Source: Candidatus Woesebacteria bacterium
Lineage (GTDB): Bacteria > Patescibacteriota > Microgenomatia > UBA8517
NCBI GenBank assembly: GCA_013374855.1
Contig: CP055308.1
Span: 16,358-80,357 of the forward strand
Length of the DNA stretch: 64,000 nucleotides
Direction of reading: 5' to 3'
Shown in pieces: positions 27,677-35,875 of this stretch (positions are counted from its first letter, which is position 1; each line of letters opens with the position of its first letter). The position numbers were made by a program, and so were the translations under genes. Under the pieces are notes generated by a model, which ran no database searches, had not been told where the DNA came from, and saw only the letters and a program-made list of their open reading frames with translations.

Positions 27677-28269
27677 AAAAAGACGAAAAAAATCAACAAG
27701 AAGAAAAAGTTTTTGGACACATTGTTATAAACAAAGAAGAAAACCCAAATGCCAAATGGTATGTTGTTCATACCGCCTCAGGCCACGAGATGCGTGTTGC
27801 AGAAACATTGCGGCAACGTGTTGAATCAATGAATCTAGAAAGTAATGTCTTGGAACTGCTTGTGCCAACTCAAGACAGAATCGTCATTAGAAGTGGTAAA
27901 AAAGCAACAGTAAAAGAAAAAATTCTACCCGGATATCTTTTAGTAAAGATGATTCTTGACGACCCAACATGGCTTGCCGTGCGCACCACTCCAGGTGTCA
28001 CAGGTTTTGTAGGAACAGGAAAAGACCCGTCCCCTCTAAGTGAAAACGAAGTAGAAAATATATTTAAGTTTGTTTCAACCCCCGCAAAGCGGTTCAAAAC
28101 TAAATTTTCAATCGGTGAAGCAGTCAAAATTGTCGATGGTCCATTCTCTGGTTTCCTTGGCGCAATAAATGAAATGGATGAAGAAAGAGGCAAGGTGAAA
28201 GTTTTAGTCTCTATCTTTGGCAGAGAAACCCCGGTCGAACTTGACTTCCTACAAATCCAAAAAGTATAA
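27673..28269 (+). CDS. nusG: transcription termination/antitermination factor NusG
   Basis: 198 aa; NGN domain (WYVVHTASGHEMRVAETLRQRVE), KOW motif (FSIGEAVKIVDGPFSGFLGAI). Confidence 0.95.
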   Translation: MKKDEKNQQEEKVFGHIVINKEENPNAKWYVVHTASGHEMRVAETLRQRVESMNLESNVLELLVPTQDRIVIRSGKKATVKEKILPGYLLVKMILDDPTWLAVRTTPGVTGFVGTGKDPSPLSENEVENIFKFVSTPAKRFKTKFSIGEAVKIVDGPFSGFLGAINEMDEERGKVKVLVSIFGRETPVELDFLQIQKV

Positions 28270-28363
28270 ACCTCTGTTGACAAGGACGGACCTTGTCAAG
28301 TAAATCTGGATTGCAAATCAGAAATAAGATAAAATAATAAACATAAATATATTGTGTTCTCAA

Positions 28364-28434
28364 AGGGGTGTGATGAAATGGTATCATGGCGGTCTCCAAA
28401 ACCGCTCTTCCAGGTTCGAGTCCTGGCACCCCTG
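28364..28434 (+). tRNA. tRNA-Trp (anticodon CCA)
   Basis: Acceptor AGGGGTG/CACCCCT, anticodon arm GCGGT-CTCCAAA-ACCGC, T arm CCAGG-TTCGAGT-CCTGG. Confidence 0.85.
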
Positions 28435-28755
28435 CATTCAATTTTTAAAACAATTCAAAAAATAAACACTACATCTTTCAAACTGCGTATCCCAAAAAGT
28501 CTTAACTGACAATAAAGGACTTCTACTGCGAGTCAAACGCAGTTGAGCTAATATACGGAGGCAGGCAATCATACGATTTGCCAATAGAAGTTTGGAACTC
28601 AACCTCTGAATATCTTGAAAGTATGAAAATGAGGAAAGCTTAGTTGTCAAAAATATAGGCAATAAATAAGTTGACCTAGTAAATATCAGTCAAAACCCCG
28701 AATTAAACGAGATTATCGCTACCTTCAGCCTTCTTGAGGGATAAGAGAAAAATAT

Positions 28756-28785
28756 TTGTATCGATGTATTAATACATCGATACAA
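28756..28785. promoter_or_regulatory. perfect 30-bp palindrome TTGTATCGATGTATTAATACATCGATACAA (copy 2 of the ATGTATTAATACATC motif)
   Basis: Read directly; identical to its own reverse complement. Lies between tRNA-Trp and the 3' end of the ATP-grasp operon. Confidence 0.55.
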
Positions 28786-28790
28786 AATAG

Positions 28791-28832
28791 AAAAAGTGAG
28801 GGGTGTGAAGCTATATCACCCGGAGGGTGTGT
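28791..28832. repeat. about 42-nt motif AAAAGTGAGGGGTGTGAAGCTATATCACCCGGAGGGTGTG (copy 1)
   Basis: Near-identical copy at 29628-29669; each abuts or overlaps the stop codon of a minus-strand gene. Contains mutually exclusive hairpins CACCC-NNN-GGGTG. Confidence 0.7.
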
Positions 28833-28842
28833 AGTAAGAAAA

Positions 28843-29562
28843 TTATTTAGCCAACAAACCAAATAGTTCACCCAAAAGCTGTGGAGGAAAACTGGAGGTT
28901 GTTCTTTTAGGCTCTGACACTCCTACAAAATTCGCCTTCACCTGTTCCAACTTACCTTGGTCATTTTTATATTGTCTCGTCAACCATTTAAGCATCCGCC
29001 TGTTTATTCTATCTACAATTTCGCTAGCCCTATGAATACCTTTCTCATCATCCAAAACAGCAAGCTCAATCAAATCGGCAGCTGTTTGCAAAATCCCCCT
29101 GCCGCGAGTGCCCTCTTGGGGCTCTCCATCATTGACAAGTCGTGGTAAATTAAGTTCTTCCCCTTTCTGGTGAGCAAATCGAACCAAAGCCTCAAATTTT
29201 TCTCTACCAAGCAAAGAAAAAACACCAAAAGCCCTATCTTCAAATTTACCCTCTCCCCCTCTGCAAAAAGAATCTAAAACGCCATCAGCAGGAAGAGGCA
29301 TCCACCTCCCTCCTTTTGGTTTGGATCTATCATAAACTAAAATTTCGCCTCCTTCGCCAATTTTTGCGCGAAACTGAGAAGCCTCAAGAGATTCTCGAAC
29401 TTCAGGAGAAACCTCTTTCTCCAAACCAAATATTTCCCTTAAGTTGTCATAAAAACCACGCAAATTATCAATATCAACCTTAATCGGTTTCTCCCTTTCC
29501 GCACAAATCAACATCTCTCTAATCAATAAATCTTTCAATCCGCCGGTTTCTTGCTCAACCAT
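28843..29562 (-). CDS. hypothetical protein (239 aa), last gene of the ATP-grasp operon, bracketed by the 42-nt motif
   Basis: ORF; no recognisable domain. Confidence 0.55.
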   Translation of the reverse strand: MVEQETGGLKDLLIREMLICAEREKPIKVDIDNLRGFYDNLREIFGLEKEVSPEVRESLEASQFRAKIGEGGEILVYDRSKPKGGRWMPLPADGVLDSFCRGGEGKFEDRAFGVFSLLGREKFEALVRFAHQKGEELNLPRLVNDGEPQEGTRGRGILQTAADLIELAVLDDEKGIHRASEIVDRINRRMLKWLTRQYKNDQGKLEQVKANFVGVSEPKRTTSSFPPQLLGELFGLLAK

Positions 29563-29627
29563 ACCAATTCACTTAAATTATACAACAAACTGTCAACAGT
29601 TCTCCTATTCATCATATAAAAAGAATG

Positions 29628-29669
29628 AAAAGTGAGAGGAGTGAAGCTGTATCACCCGGAGGGTGTGGT
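29628..29669. repeat. about 42-nt motif AAAAGTGAGAGGAGTGAAGCTGTATCACCCGGAGGGTGTGG (copy 2)
   Basis: Overlaps the last codons and stop (…HSTTPSG*) of the 304-aa ATP-grasp gene. Confidence 0.7.
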
Positions 29670-30566
29670 AGAATGTTTGCGAAGAGACTCAAAGTATTTG
29701 ATAATCTCAAGTGCGGCATTAACGCCTGTATATTTTTCAAGACCTTCAAACTGAGGAGAAGGATTGACTTCCAAGATATAAGGCTTACCCGTGTCTTTGT
29801 TTATAATTATATCAACTCCTGCAATTTCTGTCCTTGATACTTTTGCTGCATTCTCGGCAATTTTTTTTATTTCTGGATAATTATCCAGCTCAAATTTTTC
29901 TCCTCTTCCTCCCTGGCTGATATTGCTTCTAAACTCACCTTCCCTTGTTGGAACTCGTTTCATTGCCCCTATTGCCTTGAAACCGACAGTAAAAATCCTT
30001 AAATCTCCATCATTTGGTATAAACTCGCGAATAACAACAGCCTTCACTCCTGTATGGTGAATCTCCTCAATCGCATTTTTAACCTCATCAAAATTGTGAC
30101 ACAAATAAACTCCTCGCCCTTGCCTCCCCGCACTGGTTTTGACAATTAAAGGATAATTAAACTTACCAATTACCGCCTCTGCTCCTTTTTTGTTAAAAAC
30201 AACGCAAGAAGCAGGATAAGGAAGATTGTTTTGAGTCTGTCGCAAGTAGTCAATCGCCGGCGTCAAATAATATTTATATCCAGCCTCAACAGTTTTTCTA
30301 TTTACAATCAAAGTCCCAAAATTTTCCGCTAAATAAGAAGCTGCCGTATACCACTCCCACCGCCTGTTACCAACCATAAGATAAATGAGATTATAATCTT
30401 TTAGATGCCTGCCATCGGCCAAGAATGCATCAAAACCATTAGTTTTACATTCCAAAATCAAATCAGCAGCGTAGCAACCTTCCACCTGATGTCCAAGTTT
30501 TCCTCCCTCTTCCTGAAGCCTCAAAAGCTGAATATTTGTAACAAGTCCTGCTATAAGGATTTTCAT
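29652..30566 (-). CDS. RimK-like ATP-grasp ligase (alpha-L-glutamate ligase family)
   Basis: 304 aa; ATP-grasp core (PLIVKTSAGRQGRGVY…EFIPNDGDLRIFTVG…AGVDIIINKDTGKPYILEVNPSPQF). Confidence 0.8.
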   Translation of the reverse strand: MKILIAGLVTNIQLLRLQEEGGKLGHQVEGCYAADLILECKTNGFDAFLADGRHLKDYNLIYLMVGNRRWEWYTAASYLAENFGTLIVNRKTVEAGYKYYLTPAIDYLRQTQNNLPYPASCVVFNKKGAEAVIGKFNYPLIVKTSAGRQGRGVYLCHNFDEVKNAIEEIHHTGVKAVVIREFIPNDGDLRIFTVGFKAIGAMKRVPTREGEFRSNISQGGRGEKFELDNYPEIKKIAENAAKVSRTEIAGVDIIINKDTGKPYILEVNPSPQFEGLEKYTGVNAALEIIKYFESLRKHSTTPSG

Positions 30567-30567
30567 T

Positions 30568-31443
30568 TTAAAATGCCCTCTCTATGGCATTTTCAAGCCA
30601 TATTCGAGCTATATTTTTACCCGTTGCCTTTTCCATCCCCACAAAACCAGCTGTATGATTAACTTCCAGAATATAGCGTCCTCCGTCTTTGCCTATTAGA
30701 ATATCCACTCCACCAACGGACATATCAACTGTCTTCAAGGCATCAATGGCAAGTTTTTCATCATCCTTGCTAATATTAAAGACCTCGACGCTTCCACCCA
30801 GAGAAAAATTGGCTCTAAATTCCCCTGGACTTGGAATTCTTCTCATACAAAAAACATTATTCCCTATAACAAGACATCGTAAATCATGTTCATAATCAAT
30901 AAACTCTTGCATCAAATAGCTTTTTGCCTCCTTACCTTGAGATTCTGCATCTTCGATAAATTCAGAGAGTTTTTCTTTTGAATCAATCTTAAAAACGGAA
31001 TATCCTTTACCAGCGCGAACCAATTTAACAACCACCGGAAAACCTATTTCTTCTGCCGCCTTTTTGTAGTCGGAAAAATTACGAGAATAGAAAGTCTTTG
31101 GAATAGAAATACCCTTCAAGGCAAGTTTCAAAAGATCTGATACCTTATCAATTGAATACTTGTGTTGTACAAAATTATTATCAAATACCTTAACACCGAG
31201 GCTTCTTAGATATTCAACAACTACAGAAATAGGCTTTATATTGTTAAAAATACCCCTTACAATAACAAGATCCGCCTTCGCAACTTCCTCTAAACGACCA
31301 AGATTTATTTTTGATTCGTCAACAAAGAATCTAAAATCACCAAGATCAAAAATTTCAAAATCATAACCTAAAGACAAGGATTCTTCCTTCAATCTCTCAT
31401 TTTCTACTAAAGATGGAAGCGTTGTAAGTAATACTATTTTCAT
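30568..31443 (-). CDS. RimK-like ATP-grasp ligase, second paralog
   Basis: 291 aa; PVVVKLVRAGKGYSVF…EFIDYEHDLRCLVIGN…GGVDILIGKDGGRYILEVNHTAGF. Confidence 0.8.
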   Translation of the reverse strand: MKIVLLTTLPSLVENERLKEESLSLGYDFEIFDLGDFRFFVDESKINLGRLEEVAKADLVIVRGIFNNIKPISVVVEYLRSLGVKVFDNNFVQHKYSIDKVSDLLKLALKGISIPKTFYSRNFSDYKKAAEEIGFPVVVKLVRAGKGYSVFKIDSKEKLSEFIEDAESQGKEAKSYLMQEFIDYEHDLRCLVIGNNVFCMRRIPSPGEFRANFSLGGSVEVFNISKDDEKLAIDALKTVDMSVGGVDILIGKDGGRYILEVNHTAGFVGMEKATGKNIARIWLENAIERAF

Positions 31444-32777
31444 AAGCCCTTCAAGGAAAAACTTCTTACCAATCTTTCTTTTTCTTCTGCCTCAACTTCA
31501 GGCCTAACTAAAAATCCTTTTAAATCTTTCCTCCCTATTATAACAGGAAATTTCAAAGAATGCCTCTTTGAAACAGAAGCGGAAGTCTCAATTCTTCTCC
31601 CACCAAGCCAAAAAACAAGACCAATAATCTTCCTCTTCTCCTTCCCAAGAGAACTGCTTACATCTTTTGTCCAAAGGATATTTTCTTCCCCAAGAAGACC
31701 TAACTTCTGCGCTAGATTTCTATCAATTGAAGTCCTCCAAGCACCTGTATCTACTTTAGCGGCAACTTCAATTTTTTTACCACCAGCTGATTTAATTTTA
31801 ATTTTTTCAAAAGCATCTACTATTTTTATACCCTCTTCAACCTTTACTCTATCAGCAAAAGGTCCCGCAAATAAAGCTTTAGCTACTTTTATACCATGTT
31901 CCGCATCCCTTATTTTCAAATCTTCAACCTTTTCAAGTCTTTTCTTTAGCCCTACTCCATTTGCCATCTGTATCGAAAGGCCAGGTTGCGAGTTAATTTC
32001 CAAAACAACAGGTCCTTTAGTTGGGTGAAGAACTACATCCACTCCCACATACCCCAAGAAACAAGCTTCCTGAGCCAATATAGCAGTTTCTAAAATCTTA
32101 TTCCAATTAGGAATTTTTATCCCATGAAGCTTGCGTTTTGTACCAGGCTTAAATTTAATAATCTCTCCATGCCAAATAGCACGAGTTGTAATACCAGTTG
32201 CAATATCAATCCCTACTCCAATTGCTCCTTGATGAAGATTTGCCCTGCCCCCTGACTCCTTGGTAGGAAGCCTAAGCATCGCCATTACAGGAACACGATT
32301 AAAAACTATAACCCTAATATCCGGCGTCCCGCGATAGGCGTATTTTCTAAAAGCCTTATGCCTCCCAACATATTCTTCAATATAGGCAATATCCGGCTCA
32401 TTGCCCATTGAGAAAGCCCCTTCCAAAATATCAGTTGTGTGAAGCTTCAAATCGTCAACCGTTACTCTTTTCCTTTGCGTAGTAATCCAGCCATTGCCAT
32501 CCTTTGCCTTTCTTTTGACAACTATTATCCCCTCTCCCCCAAGCCCTTGGTTTGGTTTTAAGGCAAAGCTTGAAGGGAGAGTATTCCAATCAAAATTCCA
32601 GACATCCTCAAAGGTCTTAAATTTCGCATAAATTTCAGGCACCGGAACGCCTGCTTTTTTTAAATATTTTTTGGTCAAAAGCTTTGAGGCAGCAATAGCC
32701 TTACCTTTAGCAGTATTATAAACATAGGAAAACATTTTATTCCTTGCATTTATTCCCAAGATATCAGAAATTTTCAT
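31440..32777 (-). CDS. ATP-grasp ligase fused to a C-terminal retropepsin-like (RimK-associated 'ATP-dependent zinc protease'/DUF785-like) domain
   Basis: 445 aa; N-terminal ATP-grasp (FALKPNQGLGGEGIIVVKR…VLEINSQPGLS) and C-terminal AKVDTGAWRTSID with the aspartic-protease D-T-G-A motif. Confidence 0.7.
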   Translation of the reverse strand: MKISDILGINARNKMFSYVYNTAKGKAIAASKLLTKKYLKKAGVPVPEIYAKFKTFEDVWNFDWNTLPSSFALKPNQGLGGEGIIVVKRKAKDGNGWITTQRKRVTVDDLKLHTTDILEGAFSMGNEPDIAYIEEYVGRHKAFRKYAYRGTPDIRVIVFNRVPVMAMLRLPTKESGGRANLHQGAIGVGIDIATGITTRAIWHGEIIKFKPGTKRKLHGIKIPNWNKILETAILAQEACFLGYVGVDVVLHPTKGPVVLEINSQPGLSIQMANGVGLKKRLEKVEDLKIRDAEHGIKVAKALFAGPFADRVKVEEGIKIVDAFEKIKIKSAGGKKIEVAAKVDTGAWRTSIDRNLAQKLGLLGEENILWTKDVSSSLGKEKRKIIGLVFWLGGRRIETSASVSKRHSLKFPVIIGRKDLKGFLVRPEVEAEEKERLVRSFSLKGL

Positions 32778-32806
32778 ATTTTTTGAATATAAAAGTTATT
32801 CTTTTT

Positions 32807-33712
32807 TTAAGAAGAAATCAATTTTCTAAAACGCCAATACTCCATAAAACGCAAACCCACATAACGCCCCACTAAAATATCGATTATCATTACCAAAAAC
32901 AGAAAAACCTCAGGATTTAAAAGCGCATATCGACGGAGTGGCTCAAGCGTTAAAAGAAAATAAGAAAAAAGAGCAAGAACTAAAGTTTCAGCTGTTAAGT
33001 TTAATGCTGTTCTTACGCTTTTCCCAAGCTGAACTCGAGAAAAATCCTCTGCCAATAAAACAAGAATAAGAACAGGAAAAATAGAAACATTAGTTAACCC
33101 AATTTCTTTCAATAAAGGTGCAGAAAACAAAAGACCCAAGACCCCAATTACCACAAACCACAAAAGCATTGCCATTCTTGGAAGATATTGAAGCCTAAGT
33201 TTTAGTTTTCTTGTAATCATTCTAAATAAAGTGGAAAAAAAGATGATAACGGTAAAAATTAAAACTCCAAGCAGAGGCCCAATGGCAATAAAAACAACCG
33301 AGAGAGCAGCCGGCATAAAAATTCCAAAACCGCGTAGGCCGATCAAATGACGGGAGGCGGCAATTAAGGCGGCAACGGCCGTTAAAAGCAAAAGTAAAAC
33401 TATCGTGTTTGCCGGCACTCCTGCGGCAACCGATTTTCTGATTGCATATTTCATAAAATTAAACGGCCAGACAGCGCCTATTCCTTGTTCTGCCAAAAGT
33501 TTTTCTAGAGGACCTATTGCTTCTTCCGTTTTTTGAGTTATGTCAACCTTGGGCAACGGTGTAGTGATTTCCTCAACTTTTGACGATTCCATTTGCTTAT
33601 CTATGGGAGTTGGCGGTGGTGAAGAAACCACAGGAAAAACCGCAAAAACAGATTTTGCACAAAAGAAGACAAAAACAAAAGCTGCCAACAAAGAAAGCTG
33701 CAGAAATTTCAT
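32807..33712 (-). CDS. polytopic membrane protein (signal peptide, about 65-aa extracytoplasmic segment, about 7 TM helices)
   Basis: Hydropathy read from the sequence; first gene of the ATP-grasp operon. Confidence 0.6.
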   Translation of the reverse strand: MKFLQLSLLAAFVFVFFCAKSVFAVFPVVSSPPPTPIDKQMESSKVEEITTPLPKVDITQKTEEAIGPLEKLLAEQGIGAVWPFNFMKYAIRKSVAAGVPANTIVLLLLLTAVAALIAASRHLIGLRGFGIFMPAALSVVFIAIGPLLGVLIFTVIIFFSTLFRMITRKLKLRLQYLPRMAMLLWFVVIGVLGLLFSAPLLKEIGLTNVSIFPVLILVLLAEDFSRVQLGKSVRTALNLTAETLVLALFSYFLLTLEPLRRYALLNPEVFLFLVMIIDILVGRYVGLRFMEYWRFRKLISS

Positions 33713-33729
33713 AATCTATATTATACCGT

Positions 33730-34330
33730 AAGTACCCAAGAGTGAACAACAACGTTGACGCGAACAAACAACTTCCAACAACCAACTAACAACAAGATTA
33801 GAACATAAAACAAAGAACAACGCTCCCCGCGAACAATTAACAATTAACATTTAACAATTAACGGATAGAGCACATAACCTTGAACAAATCTCCTAACAAG
33901 GTCTGGCCTTTAATAAAGGCCAGACCTTTATAGAATCAAATTACAAATTACAAATTACAAAGCAAAAATAACAAATAACAATTAACAATTAACTATTGAC
34001 CATTAACCATTGACCCTTGAAATAGTAGAACAAAGAACATAGAACAAAGAACAAAGTGAATTAAGATTCTAGAATAAATTCATAAATCCTAATTCATAAA
34101 TCATAAATCAAATCTTCAACTTCTACTCTCCCGCTCTTCTATACAACATAGAACAAAGAACATAGAACAAAGTTAGAATATAGAATGTAGATTATAGAAT
34201 GTAGAAACAACTCAAGAGTCAGATATACATAATACCAGATACCAGATACAAATACTTTCTTATACTCTTATACTCTTATACTCTTCAACTCTTCCACCCT
34301 TTTAATGACTTTTGAATTAACTTCCACTTT
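33730..34330. repeat. mosaic short-tandem-repeat element, copy A (inverted relative to copy B at 48890-49440)
   Basis: 600 bp non-coding stretch built from 2-4x tandem 7-14-mers (TTAACAA, AAATTAC, ATAGAACAAAGAAC, CATAAAT, TAGAATGTAGA, ATACCAG, TTATACTC, CATTGACC) plus the palindrome GGTCTGGCCTTTAATAAAGGCCAGACC. About 330 bp align at about 90% with the reverse complement of 49130-49440. Confidence 0.8.
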
Positions 34331-34404
34331 TCCATTCTCTTACTCTCATCAAAATTAAATCCTATAGTTGCAAAACGGAGGAGAATAAGATAAAATATAC
34401 ACAA

Positions 34405-35781
34405 ATGAGAGATACTGACAATAGAATTTCCAGACGGGAGTTTATGAAGCTTTCAGGTGTAGCAATTACTGGGGCAATACCTCATCAAATCATAGAAAGA
34501 GTAAGTCTCCTTTTATCTAAAGAAAGAATAACAACAATAAACACTTTAACAGCTCATCAAGCTGCATTTTATGCTCAAACAATATTTAAAGGCCAACCTT
34601 ACGAACTTGGAGTAAGAGATTGCGCGATGTTTGCCGCCCAATTTGCCTCATACTATGGCATACCCCTTGTAAGAACCAACACCACCAATATCAATGAATA
34701 TTCCCCTCAGCCTCCAAAAGATCCAATGCCAGACGCATCAACAATATTCCAAGTAAAATGGTTTGAAACAGCAGCAACTCTCCTACCGAAAGAACTTATT
34801 CAAACCTACTCCTACAATCAAATCGCGGATATAAACTCTTGGCATAAGATAAATCCCGGCTCATTACTCTACCTGAGAAACAAAGGGCGCACTCATCATG
34901 GATATAATACATATTTCCATACTCTTGCTTACATAGGAATTAACAAACAACAACCGATTTTTGCTGAATATAATGTAGGTATGAAAAAAGGCCCAGAAGT
35001 TGGAATACCGCTAGACAAGATTTTATCCAGATATCAAAACTTACCTAACGATCAGATAACAGGCACTATAATAAATGTCCCCGGATTATCAACTGAAATA
35101 TGGCAAAGACAAACAGGAAAAGTTTCCCCTAATTACGATTCTAGAATTTTAAGAGAGGCAGGTCAACAAATTCTAACTATAAACTTAATTGATGGCACCG
35201 CAACCTACTGGCAGGTAGATTCAAAAGGAAAATTCATTCAAAAACCGTTTGAAAACAAAGAAATGGAGGTTAGAACAGAAAGAATCGGCACCCAAATTCC
35301 ATCAGATCCGTATACCATACTCACCTTCTACAAGTTTACCCAGCCCCACTATTTTGTTTCCCTCGGTATGCCCACAACAGAAGAGGGATGTTTCTACGGA
35401 GCACCTCTTTGCGTTCCACGTTTTCTCACTATTCCTCCAATGGTAGCTGGTGTTAACCTCACAAGTGAGGGGGCTTCTCTGGAAATACTATACTCACCTT
35501 CAACAGGGAAAATAGAAAAAGGAACCCCACAACACGTTTATATTCTTCAGCCCAGTAATGCCTTTTTGCCAAAAAACACTGCTATCACATTCCCACCCCA
35601 AACCTTTGAAGCTATCCGGAAAACGATAGATAAAGGAATAAAAACAATTTTGATTTTATCATATCCACAATTTCCACAAGACATTCTCTTACAGAAAGGC
35701 AATTCTCTCCTTGGAAAAGATCCTTTACTTGATTTTCTTAACACCCACAAGATGCCTCCACAAGTTCTCACAGGCCGATAA
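34405..35781 (+). CDS. Tat-signal secreted protein with N-terminal papain/C39-like domain
   Basis: 458 aa; SRREFMKLSGVAITGA twin-arginine signal; GVRDCAMFAAQFASYYGI (C39-like Cys helix) and HHGYNTYFHTLAYIG (His). Confidence 0.55.
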   Translation: MRDTDNRISRREFMKLSGVAITGAIPHQIIERVSLLLSKERITTINTLTAHQAAFYAQTIFKGQPYELGVRDCAMFAAQFASYYGIPLVRTNTTNINEYSPQPPKDPMPDASTIFQVKWFETAATLLPKELIQTYSYNQIADINSWHKINPGSLLYLRNKGRTHHGYNTYFHTLAYIGINKQQPIFAEYNVGMKKGPEVGIPLDKILSRYQNLPNDQITGTIINVPGLSTEIWQRQTGKVSPNYDSRILREAGQQILTINLIDGTATYWQVDSKGKFIQKPFENKEMEVRTERIGTQIPSDPYTILTFYKFTQPHYFVSLGMPTTEEGCFYGAPLCVPRFLTIPPMVAGVNLTSEGASLEILYSPSTGKIEKGTPQHVYILQPSNAFLPKNTAITFPPQTFEAIRKTIDKGIKTILILSYPQFPQDILLQKGNSLLGKDPLLDFLNTHKMPPQVLTGR

Positions 35782-35875
35782 ATCCCCTCCCTCACCTTAA
35801 AAACAAAATCTACCTTCCCAGATCAAAATAACTCCAAGAAGAAAAAACCACTAGACATTTGAGTGAGCAGAAAAA

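Noticed and set aside
29625-29837. Plus-strand 70-aa ORF starting inside the 42-nt motif and running antisense to the ATP-grasp gene
   Set aside because: The second motif copy is in a different frame and hits a stop immediately. There is no conservation of a reading frame across the two copies, so the motif is treated as a nucleotide-level element.
33730-34330. CRISPR array or chromosomal origin (oriC) in the mosaic repeat regions
   Set aside because: The repeats are many different short tandem units without the regular repeat-spacer periodicity of CRISPR. No cas genes are present. No dnaA or dnaN is nearby and no clear TTATCCACA DnaA boxes were found (only TTATACTC units), so neither call is supported.
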